NCBI GenBank assembly: GCA_045617985.1 | Contig: JAZLJP010000052.1 | Location: forward strand, 10,327-74,326 | Origin: Kiritimatiellia bacterium | GTDB taxonomy: Bacteria; Verrucomicrobiota; Kiritimatiellia; RFP12; UBA1067 | DNA: 64,000 nt | Direction of reading: 5' to 3' | Shown here: positions 35,293 through 43,870 of the stretch, piece after piece | Layout: each line of letters opens with the position of its first letter | How positions within the stretch are numbered: the stretch's first letter is position 1 | Notes under the pieces: model-generated | Told to the model about the DNA's origin: nothing | Database searches by the model: none | Seen by the model: only the letters and a program-made list of their open reading frames with translations | Program-made: the position numbers and the translations under genes

Positions 35293-36810
35293 TTACTTCA
35301 ACGGCGCACAGTTGACCTTCGAACGGATGAGGCGCCGGCGATGCTCGGCCGCCCGCACGGAGAACTCCGCGAAATCGCGTTTCGCGGGCGCAGTCCAGAG
35401 CGCTTCCGCAAGTGCGAAACCGCGCGGCCAAAGCTTCCACTCGAGGTCGAAACGGTTCCAGGTGTGCGAGCTCCAGTTTTCGCATTCGCCGCCCAAGACG
35501 TGCTTCCGGTGCTCGGGCGCGACGCCCTTGAACGGGTCGAACGTATAGACGCGCGCAAACGGCAGGTTGCCGCCGATGTACTGGAACGGATCTTCCGGGA
35601 GGCCCTGGCCGTAGTCGAAGTAGCAGTGGCTCGTGGGGCACGCCACGATGTCGTAGCCCGCATTCACGGCCTTGAGCCCGTCGGGCGAACCCGCGCGCCA
35701 GTACATGCCGATCGTCGACTTCGGCACGTCTCCGCCCTTGAAGATTTCATCCCAGCCGATCACGCGCCGGCCCTTCTTCGCAAGGTAGTCGGTGAAGTGG
35801 CGCGTGACCCACGCCTGAAGCTCGCGCGCATGCGGGATGCCTTCGCGCTTCATGAGCGCCTGGCACTTGGGGCACGTCTCCCACCGCACGTGCGGGCACT
35901 CGTCGCCGCCGATGTGGATGACCTTCGAAGGAAAGATGTCGCACACATAGTCGAACACCTTCTCGAAGAAGCGGATCGCCTCGGGGTTGCCCACGCACAG
36001 AACGTCCGGGTAGACGCCCGCGCAAAAGACGGGCGGCTTCCGGCCGGCATCGAGAATCCGCTTCGGCTGGCAGGCGAACTCGGGATAGGCGCAGAGGAGC
36101 GCATAGACATGGCCAGGCACTTCGATCTCGGGCACCACCGTGATGTGGCGCGCGGCGGCGAAGGCGACGATTTCCTTCAGGTCCTCTGCCGTGTAGCGGC
36201 AGGGCCCGTACTGCCCCGGCGCCTTGCGCTCATCCCTTCTCGCGCCATGCGCCGGCATCGCGGAACGCGTCATGCTCCACTTTTCAAGCTCGGGGTAGCC
36301 CGGGATCACGAGCGACCAGCACTGGTCTTCGGTGAGATGCCAGTGGAATACGTTGTACTTGTACCACGACATCTGCTCAAGAAGGCGCTTCACCGTCTCC
36401 TTGCCGAAGTGGTGCCGCACATCGTCGAGCTGCACGCCGCGCCAGGCGAACTTCGGCGCGTCCTTGATTTCAAGGCACGGGTAGTAGCGCTTCCCGTTTT
36501 CCGGCCGCAGGGCGATGTGAAGGAGCGTGCGCCCCGCATAGTAGCGGCCCTTCTCCGTGGAACTCCGCACGGTCACACCGCCGCCCTTCGTAATCGAAAG
36601 CTCATACCCTTCTTCGGGAATCGACGCCACCGTCTCATACTTGATCGTCCCGTCGAACACCGCCTCGCCGCCGGTGAGCTTCATCTCCTGCGGCGCCGGA
36701 ATGATCGAAACGGGAGCAAACGCCGCCGCCCCCCAAGAGAGCAGGAGGGCGATCGAAAAGACCCCAGGGAGGGCCGCGCTTCTGCGCGGCCAAGAACCGA
36801 TATGCATCAT
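35293..36810 (-). CDS. Beta-N-acetylhexosaminidase (GH20)
   Basis: IKDAPKFAWRG..LDDVRH; HWHLTEDQ; VPEIEVPGH; HIGGDEC; IGWDEI; PRGFALAEALW; AAGGAGG RBS. Confidence 0.92.
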   Translation of the reverse strand: MMHIGSWPRRSAALPGVFSIALLLSWGAAAFAPVSIIPAPQEMKLTGGEAVFDGTIKYETVASIPEEGYELSITKGGGVTVRSSTEKGRYYAGRTLLHIALRPENGKRYYPCLEIKDAPKFAWRGVQLDDVRHHFGKETVKRLLEQMSWYKYNVFHWHLTEDQCWSLVIPGYPELEKWSMTRSAMPAHGARRDERKAPGQYGPCRYTAEDLKEIVAFAAARHITVVPEIEVPGHVYALLCAYPEFACQPKRILDAGRKPPVFCAGVYPDVLCVGNPEAIRFFEKVFDYVCDIFPSKVIHIGGDECPHVRWETCPKCQALMKREGIPHARELQAWVTRHFTDYLAKKGRRVIGWDEIFKGGDVPKSTIGMYWRAGSPDGLKAVNAGYDIVACPTSHCYFDYGQGLPEDPFQYIGGNLPFARVYTFDPFKGVAPEHRKHVLGGECENWSSHTWNRFDLEWKLWPRGFALAEALWTAPAKRDFAEFSVRAAEHRRRLIRSKVNCAPLK

Positions 36811-36820
36811 GGCAACCTCC

Positions 36821-37927
36821 TTATTTTACGTTCTTCGGGGAACGGCAAATGAGCTCGTCGATCACGCGGCCCACCTCAAGCTTGTTCACCTTCTCGGTGA
36901 TGCGCACGTGCGGGCCGTTCTCTTCGTCGGGCGTCCACACGTTCGAGCCGGTCTTCGGATCCACGCGGTAGGCGCCGCGATGGACGTTGAAGTAGCTCGT
37001 CTCGCCGCGCACGGCCGCCAGTACGGCCGTTTCATCCCACGCGGAGCGCCCGCCCATGCCGAAGCAGCTGTTGAGCCAGCGCGCGGGATTTTTCGCCACC
37101 TCGGCGCGCGAGGGGATGTTGCCCGCAAAGACGTCCTTCACGGGATTGCGCGGGCCCTTCATTTCCGTGATCGCGCGCCCGGCGAAGACGTCCCAGCCGT
37201 ACTGCCAATCGGAAAACACGATCGGGATGCCTTTCGGCCAATGGGAGATCGCGTAGTCGGAAGAGGCGGCGTCGTTGCAGGAATTGTATTCGCGGCCGTC
37301 CGGATAGCGGCAGGCCATCGCCACCCAGCGCTTCACCTTCTTCGCGACGAGCTGCTCGCCGGTGAGCGGCGAGATGGCGTCCGCCGGCGTTTCGAGAAGA
37401 CGGCGCACGTTCGTGAGAAAGCCCACGGTGCAGATGACGACGGAATGGTCCGGCGCTGCGGCGAGCACGCGGCGGTAGACGAGATTCGCGTCCGGCGCCG
37501 TATCGGCATCGAGGTGCTTCACCCACTGCGGGTAGTCGGCCGCGAGCTTGCGGTACTTGTAGTGCCCGCCGTCGCCGCCGCCGCGCTTCCCCAGCGGCGA
37601 GAACGGATCGACCTTCACCTTCGCGCGCGGACTGGCGCCGAGAACGCCGATCTCCTTCGGCGCCCCGGTGGGCAGATCGCCGCGGCCATAGTAGCCGTTG
37701 ATCACTTCAACCGCCGCTACGGACGCATTCCCGCGCGTGGAAGAGACGGTCGCGAGAATCTCGCATTCGCCGGCATCGGCCATGGCATGAAGAGAAGCCA
37801 AGGCCCCCACGTCGTCGAAATCGGTCAACATGTCCGTATCGAACACGACCTTAACCGGTTCAGCCGCAACCAAAGCCGCGACACTCAAAACCGCCAAAGC
37901 GGCAACAAACATTTTCTTCGTATTCAT
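36821..37927 (-). CDS. Secreted nucleoside-hydrolase-family (IU_nuc_hydro-like) protein
   Basis: Signal peptide; VVFDTDMLTDFDDVGAL; ICTVGFLTNV; SAWDETAVL. Confidence 0.78.
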   Translation of the reverse strand: MNTKKMFVAALAVLSVAALVAAEPVKVVFDTDMLTDFDDVGALASLHAMADAGECEILATVSSTRGNASVAAVEVINGYYGRGDLPTGAPKEIGVLGASPRAKVKVDPFSPLGKRGGGDGGHYKYRKLAADYPQWVKHLDADTAPDANLVYRRVLAAAPDHSVVICTVGFLTNVRRLLETPADAISPLTGEQLVAKKVKRWVAMACRYPDGREYNSCNDAASSDYAISHWPKGIPIVFSDWQYGWDVFAGRAITEMKGPRNPVKDVFAGNIPSRAEVAKNPARWLNSCFGMGGRSAWDETAVLAAVRGETSYFNVHRGAYRVDPKTGSNVWTPDEENGPHVRITEKVNKLEVGRVIDELICRSPKNVK

Positions 37928-37933
37928 GACAGT

Positions 37934-37942
37934 ATTTTAGCA
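37934..37942 (-). promoter_or_regulatory. Extended -10 promoter, probably leaderless
   Basis: TGcTAAAAT followed by 6 nt and then the ATG of 36821-37927. Confidence 0.5.
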
Positions 37943-38135
37943 AAACGAAGAGCATAAGGAAAGGAGAAAGGACGCCCAACCGAGAGGCCCGCACTTCCGC
38001 GCGGCCTGGAACCCGACAAGCCCCCCCCTTCAACCCCTCGTCCCCCTCCCATCCGCTTTTCAGGTTCAACAGATCGTCACCAAATCAAAGATCTCGATTA
38101 CCGAAGTCCTTCCACCAGCCGAAATCTCATCCCCG

Positions 38136-38166
38136 ATGCGAAAACAGGTCAGACCTGTTTTCGCAT
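38136..38166. repeat. REP palindrome copy 1 (overlaps the RAYT stop codon)
   Basis: atgcgaaaacaggtc-a-gacctgttttcgcat, perfect 15-bp arms; central base is opposite to copies 2-4. Confidence 0.9.
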
Positions 38167-39234
38167 GCCGACGATCCACGGACCATCCGTATTGAGCTTC
38201 ACCAGTACACCATTCCTCTTCATTTTCTCAATCGCACGGTACACGGTTGACGGAAACACCTCCAAACGTTTCGCCACTTCGTCCGTTCCCAACGCCGGAT
38301 CGAGGAACAACACCGCCCACACCTTCGATTCGACATCAGGGAAACGATCAGTCCCGTATTCCCCGCCGTTCTTAAACGAAACATACGCACTTCTGACCTC
38401 TTCGAGATGCGCCGCCGCCTGCATCACCAGAACCTCGTTCGTCAACGGATCGCAAGGCGCATCACAACCGGCCGCCCGGAGACGCGCGATTCCCTCAGCC
38501 CGGCTACGTTTGATATCGGAAAGCAGATCGTCAAGCAACGCGATATGGCACGCCTCCATTTGCGAAAACAGGTCTGACCTGTTTTCGCACACTTCGCCAT
38601 AGATGAATTTCATTCCTGCGATGGCCGTTTGATCGCCACGCCGGAACGCGGCGAAACTACTCCATGCGTATCCGTCGTAGCGATCAGTCATTGCGGCACA
38701 GATGGGATTGAGGTTGATGTAACCGAGGCGTTGAGCCATCTCCTTGAACACCATCTCAACCTTCCTGTCGATGTAGACGCCCTCCCACAACGTTCCGGTA
38801 TGTTTGTGACGTTGGTTGTATTCCTCGGTAAACCACTGCTTGGCTATCTTCATGAAGTTGCCAACGTCGTACATACGCCGACGCTGCCGACGCAACCAAA
38901 CGTCAACCTCCGACTCAAGGCCATCTTTCCTTAGCCGATTGAGTTGCACGGCCATGGACGCCGCCGCCGCCGAACCTTTGAGCACACCATATCTACGCAA
39001 CACCTCCGCCTCATCCAACGCCTCCGGCTCTGGCAAATATACCAGCAAGTGGAAATGGTTGGTCATCAGGCACCATCCCAGTAATTGTATCCCCGTAAAA
39101 TCCGCCGTCCGGCGAATGATCTCGAGGAATTCGTTACGATCTTCATCGTCAAGGATGAAAACCTTGTGCGCGATTCGGCTCATCAGATGGTGAACCGTAT
39201 CGTAAGATTTGACTCGATTGTTTGATGCAGACAT
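38149..39234 (-). mobile_element. REP-associated tyrosine transposase (RAYT, Y1/HUH) with C-terminal winged HTH
   Basis: VHHLMSRI; CLMTNHFHLLV (HUH); FMKIAKQWFTEEYN...GTLWEG; GYINLNP (catalytic Tyr); YAWSSF; C-terminal DEVAKRLEVFPSTVYRAIEKMKRNG. Confidence 0.88.
38561..38589. repeat. REP palindrome copy 2, inside the RAYT ORF
   Basis: tgcgaaaacaggtc-t-gacctgttttcgca; encodes CENRSDLFSQ in frame. Confidence 0.9.
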
Positions 39235-39287
39235 TCCGTCCTCCTTTTTGCCAATCCCCCGATCGGCAATAGCCAGAACACAACGAC

Positions 39288-39296
39288 ATTATATCA
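39288..39296 (-). promoter_or_regulatory. Extended -10 promoter candidate for the RAYT
   Basis: TGaTATAAT about 55 nt upstream of the ATG, with AAGGAGG RBS. Confidence 0.5.
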
Positions 39297-39328
39297 CATT
39301 TTTCCGCTTCAAGACCCTAAAAAAATAA

Positions 39329-39359
39329 ATGCGAAAACAGGTCTGACCTGTTTTCGCAT
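39329..39359. repeat. REP palindrome copy 3
   Basis: atgcgaaaacaggtc-t-gacctgttttcgcat. Confidence 0.9.
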
Positions 39360-39415
39360 CGCAATTCAGTAACAAAGGAACGACACCTCTGCCGGGTGAC
39401 GTACAAAGATACATT

Positions 39416-39444
39416 TGCGAAAACAGGTCTGACCTGTTTTCGCA
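39416..39444. repeat. REP palindrome copy 4
   Basis: tgcgaaaacaggtc-t-gacctgttttcgca; the 36-nt context catttgcg...cgcacac is identical to copy 2. Confidence 0.9.
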
Positions 39445-39454
39445 CACAAATTCT

Positions 39455-40219
39455 CTATTCCACACTCGCGAGCCAGTCGGCTTGGCGGAGAAGCTTGCGG
39501 CTGGCGAGGAACATCACGCGCAACGCACGGTACAGTATCGGCATCCGCCTCCCGCTTTCCATCGGCGCGCCCTCGCCCTTGAAACGCCCGCTCAAGGAGA
39601 CCTCATCCAAGAAATCCCACTCCGGCGCCGTCTCGTCATTGTCATAACGATGTTTTCGCCACCGTACGCGCCGCACGGTCAAATCCGCCACCTCCACAAC
39701 CTCCTCGACCTCCTGGCCGAAGAGCACCGTAAAAAGCGAAAAGCGGACAGAAGGAAATGCCGCCTCCCATCCGCTTTTCAGTTTCAACAGATCGTCATTG
39801 GAAAACTTCGAATCGGAATCAAGAACGAGAAGCACCTTCCCGGCCGACGAGAGCCAATCGATCAAACGCGCGAACCGCCGCCGGTAGACCTCAACGACAT
39901 CGTGATAGAACCGCCGATTTTCCGCCGCCAAAACATCGCAGTGGAAATCATGGAGAAACTCAAAACCCGTTGCCCGATCCCGATATTGGAATTTCCCGAG
40001 TCCCGCCCCCGCATGACAATTCGCAAGCCGCTCAAGATTCTTGAACACAAGCCATCCCTCTCCCCTGTTCCGAACAATTTCCAGTGCCGCCGCAAACACG
40101 TCCTCACGCCCCTGCAACACCCAATCAAAAGGCAAAAAAGCGGCCTACAATCCGCGCCGCTTCAACTGAATGGCAGAAGAACAAGATCCACCCAAAGAAA
40201 AACAAAAATCAACAATCAT
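39455..40219 (-). pseudogene. DUF1796-like putative papain-fold cysteine peptidase interrupted by an in-frame TAG
   Basis: ATG 40219: MIVDFCFSLGGSCSSAIQLKRRGL*AAFLPFDW...FEFLHDF. TAG at 40145-40147 is in frame with ORF 39455-40135. The SLG..C, PFDW and HDF motifs match my recollection of DUF1796. Confidence 0.7.
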
Positions 40220-40238
40220 AACCTTTTCAACATCCTCC

Positions 40239-41169
40239 TCACCCAATTCCCAATCGCCGACGCGTCGCCTCCACCTGCTCCCGCCGCTCCGCCTCCATCC
40301 GCGCCATATTCGCCCACTCTCGCATGATATTCTTGCGGAACAGAATCGTCGTATCAAGAGTAAATCCTCCCACGCAGCACATCATCCACAAGATGCCGCC
40401 GATGCCACCGGGAGAGAAAAGGGTTGCCTCTCCCATGTTTGTCACAAAAAAGACAGCCATCATCGTCGTCGTAACGAAATATTTTCGCTGCATGCAGATG
40501 CCGAAGAACGACGCGAGAAAAATCAAAAAACAAATCTCTCCCAAAATCCCCGTTTCACCCAGCACCATGACGGGCAACACGCCCTTTTCGACCGAAGCGG
40601 AAATCACGAATCCCTTTCCTCGCGTCTGTTCACGCGTATATTCCGCAACCTGAAACCCGCTTCCGATCAACGGATTCCGGCGGAATTCACGCAGACTCAT
40701 TGCCATCAACCCCATACGGCTCGAAGTCAAAGCCTCCGTCAACGACCGCTTATCGGCTGACACGTCCGACGTCTTTCGCGCCCATTCCATCATAGTACCC
40801 ACCCATCAACCGACGAAACCAGCGCCGCCATCAAAAACAGAACGATCCCCATGGAAGGCAATCGGTGCCGTCCCGTCCTGGACATTCCCCCCATCGCCAG
40901 ACAGAGGCCGATCAAAAGCGGTCCCGCGCGCAGTGAAAGCACAACCACAGAATTCGATTTCGGGAACAGTCCAGGATTGAGAATCACAAAAAACGGCATT
41001 AAGGGGAAAAAACAAGTGCCCAGCCCAATTTGTTGGTAATCGCACACCAAACGCCAGCAAGCACTAAAACCGGCGTGAAATACCCCTTCGTAAACCGGCA
41101 AAGCACAATGCCCAAGATCGTAAAGGCCAACATCTTCCCTGCTTGCTTATAAATATCAAGTTCGTTCAT
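40239..41169 (-). pseudogene. Broken paralog of the Wzy-like polymerase at 45200-46684
   Basis: N-terminal part (MNELDIYKQAGK...GPLLIG...SSVDGW) and C-terminal part (GTMMEWARK...SSRMGLM..EKGVLP..LGETG) both align to the intact paralog. Frameshift at A6 41007-41012; about 200 codons missing at ~40800. Confidence 0.8.
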
Positions 41170-41262
41170 TAGCGCGTTTCATCCTTTCGATTTACCACAT
41201 ACTAACCATCATCCAACACTACCCCGACAAGCACCACGCCAACCGGTAACACCACAGCCATA

Positions 41263-41817
41263 TCACACCCGTTTCCACTGTCCATCTTCCCAAAACATCT
41301 CGCCACTTGACTCTTTGGAAAAGAAACGATTGTCAAGATTTTCCTTCTGGATAACGCGCATAGGGGCCATGACTGCAACGGAATGCGACGGCAGATCCTT
41401 GTACACGCAACAATTCGCCCCGATACGACAATGATCACCCACCTTAACTCCACCTATTATTTTAGCACCCGCACCAATATAAACACAGTCTCCAATTTCC
41501 GGCGCCAATCCCGCAGATCCCCCGCTGTCTTTTAGAGTATCCGAACCAATTGTCACTTGCTGAAAAATGACAACATCTTTTCCGATTTTTGCTCCACGTG
41601 AAATGAAGACGCCATTGCGTCCATGCGGGAAACAAGGCTGATATGGCATTTCTACCTCCAAGGGGATGCTAGCACCCGACCTGGCCGTAAAATGGAGATA
41701 CGCCCACCGTACTACCCCGCCCCCACTCTGAAGCGCCAACTGTCGCAATTTCCACCAATTGCGGCAACGTAACAACACAAACGGATAACAACAATAACAA
41801 ACAATCTGCCGAATCAT
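41263..41817 (-). CDS. Hexapeptide-repeat (serine acetyltransferase-like) acyltransferase
   Basis: FPHGRNGVFIS..AKIG..VVIFQQVTIG; PEIGDCVYIGAGAKIIGGVKVGD...IGANCCV. Confidence 0.85.
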   Translation of the reverse strand: MIRQIVCYCCYPFVLLRCRNWWKLRQLALQSGGGVVRWAYLHFTARSGASIPLEVEMPYQPCFPHGRNGVFISRGAKIGKDVVIFQQVTIGSDTLKDSGGSAGLAPEIGDCVYIGAGAKIIGGVKVGDHCRIGANCCVYKDLPSHSVAVMAPMRVIQKENLDNRFFSKESSGEMFWEDGQWKRV

Positions 41818-42917
41818 TGGAACACCGCTCTAGCCTGTTCAGCCAATCCTCCATTGACTATTTGAGAAGGCGCAATCTCCCAATTGTCATTACCTTCTAC
41901 AATCATGGGGCCATTAGGAGTGAAAGCCATGTCCCAACCAATTGATTTCACTCGTGGTAAACATTTATGCGCCTTGAGCGCCAAAGCCAAAGCAACCTCA
42001 TAATTAGGAACTTTCAGACCCTCAAACCGAATCATCGTCTCTGGATGCTTGTCAACTTTCGTCCCACCATATTTCTTATCCTTAAACCAGCCCCAAGAAC
42101 CAATCTCTCCCTTACTCGACAAAGAGAACAGAAGTCCCCCAACAGCCCAATTGTCAACCGAATTACCATTGGCACCAATACGCATGAACTGAGTGAAGAG
42201 TTCTGGTCTGCCAACCCGATCATTCCAAACCGTAATGAATCGCGCCGTATTCAGCGACCGAGGATAGACTACGGCAAGTGATTCATGGTTGCAAATCGTT
42301 TCTTGCACGATAAAATCCCCACTCCGCGAAAACGTATTCGTAAAATCAAAAGGACGACCATCACACTCTATCGTGTTTCCATTTTTCATCAGCTTGTATA
42401 CACTCCTTCCACAAGCTTCATCCGTTGCCTTCAAAAAAAGAGGGAAACTGAAATTCAACAACGCATCCGTCCATAAGTCTAACGTACATTCTCTCTCATC
42501 AACGAAACAACGCCCACCTCGAACGTAAGCAACGACCTTTGGTGTTGGAATACCGAACTTGGACATCACCGCCCAAAAGAGCAGTTTGTCGCGAAGGATT
42601 ACGGACTGGTTGATTTCGCCACTGTAATTCAAGGGAATGATCTTCTTCCAGAATTCCGGCTCAAGCATGTATTCCTTCTGATTCTTGCAGCCGACAAGAT
42701 CAAACCCGTATGGATTGTAGAACTTACCATAATCCCCTGTCTTGATTGCCGACCAGACCAACTCCAGGTAACGGCGAACCGCCGACTTGCGCTTCCGCTC
42801 GGGATAGTACGACGGATCCTTTACCCGCAACGGTGCCAAATAGAACATCACCGCCAGCACACGCAATGGATACCACCGATAAACAATATCGGCCAATTTG
42901 AGCATTCGCGGACTCAT
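41814..42917 (-). CDS. Sugar-transfer-associated ATP-grasp protein
   Basis: LRDKLLF; FLKATDEACGRSV; IVQETICNH; SLNTARFIT; DNWAVGG; IGWDMA.T..GP.IVEGN. Confidence 0.85.
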   Translation of the reverse strand: MSPRMLKLADIVYRWYPLRVLAVMFYLAPLRVKDPSYYPERKRKSAVRRYLELVWSAIKTGDYGKFYNPYGFDLVGCKNQKEYMLEPEFWKKIIPLNYSGEINQSVILRDKLLFWAVMSKFGIPTPKVVAYVRGGRCFVDERECTLDLWTDALLNFSFPLFLKATDEACGRSVYKLMKNGNTIECDGRPFDFTNTFSRSGDFIVQETICNHESLAVVYPRSLNTARFITVWNDRVGRPELFTQFMRIGANGNSVDNWAVGGLLFSLSSKGEIGSWGWFKDKKYGGTKVDKHPETMIRFEGLKVPNYEVALALALKAHKCLPRVKSIGWDMAFTPNGPMIVEGNDNWEIAPSQIVNGGLAEQARAVFQ

Positions 42918-42933
42918 TGGACCATCCTCTTCT

Positions 42934-43866
42934 TTAAACCTTCACATTCCAGAAACAGGCCAAACCTGGCCGAAACACAAATTCAGCAAGCGCCTTACTC
43001 AAGAATTTACTCGCGGTACGATAAATCAACGACGGCGAATTATTCACCTCGTAAAAGAAACGGCCATCCTCTTCATACATCGGATTCCCGATACTCGTGT
43101 ACCGCGTTCCCTCAATCGTATTCCCGGCATCGGCAGCTGCATCGATGAAGAAACATCCCTTCTTCGTCCGTGCGATGTCTTCTTTTGTGACTAAGTGAGC
43201 ATTGGGAATGTCGATCTCGATTCCGTTCACAATCACATCGAATGAACCGATCTCCTGCTTGAACTCATTCATCGTCTTACGGTAAAACATACGAATGTTA
43301 TCCGTAAACTTGCTAAGGAAATGGAAAACCCCTTGGGCGGTATTCCCATTTCCAAGAACGGCGATCCGCATTGTCGGATCAGGATAAGCACCATAATTAA
43401 GAAACGCATGCATCGTCGAAGAGAACCCTGCGTAGAAACTATTTTTATAAAGGAAATTCTTCGGAATAAAATCAAGCACAACAGATCGGCCCTCATAATA
43501 CATCTTGGGATAGGCATTATCTAAGTCAATGATTTTCAGTTTCTTCGGCAACGCCTGTTCGGTCATGAAATTCATGCCCGATCCCGTTGGGTGTGTCCAA
43601 CCGACAATCATCTGTCCTTCACGAATAGAGGCATAGTCCTGCGGTTGAAGTAATTTAAGCGCAAAAATCGTATCACAGGTTCTAAAAACATTCTCACGGG
43701 ACTCAATCAGACATCCCTTCTCCAGATAGGCGGCATCGCTGATCCCCATCGCCTTACCAAACCCCGTCTCAACAATCAAATCATCCGGGAATTCATCAAT
43801 ATCCTCAGGGAACAGGGCAATCCGCTTCTCATTCGGATAACTAGGGATAACAAGTCCAACCTTCAT
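42934..43866 (-). CDS. N5-(carboxyethyl)ornithine synthase-like opine dehydrogenase (AlaDH/PNT family)
   Basis: NEKRIALFPED; ETGFGKAMGISD..Y; GWTHP; VLGNGNTAQG; IDAAADAG; VNNSPSL. Confidence 0.82.
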   Translation of the reverse strand: MKVGLVIPSYPNEKRIALFPEDIDEFPDDLIVETGFGKAMGISDAAYLEKGCLIESRENVFRTCDTIFALKLLQPQDYASIREGQMIVGWTHPTGSGMNFMTEQALPKKLKIIDLDNAYPKMYYEGRSVVLDFIPKNFLYKNSFYAGFSSTMHAFLNYGAYPDPTMRIAVLGNGNTAQGVFHFLSKFTDNIRMFYRKTMNEFKQEIGSFDVIVNGIEIDIPNAHLVTKEDIARTKKGCFFIDAAADAGNTIEGTRYTSIGNPMYEEDGRFFYEVNNSPSLIYRTASKFLSKALAEFVFRPGLACFWNVKV

Positions 43867-43870
43867 AGCC

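Noticed and set aside
38136-39444. Four near-identical 29-31 bp repeats as a CRISPR array
   Set aside because: Spacing is irregular (~400, ~740, ~56 bp), the repeats are perfect palindromes, there are no cas genes, and they surround a RAYT; REP is the better call.
40145-40147. Pyrrolysine or stop-codon reassignment at the in-frame TAG
   Set aside because: TAG terminates other intact genes here (e.g. 13603-13605, 6438-6440), no pyl genes are visible, and the locus has other lesions.
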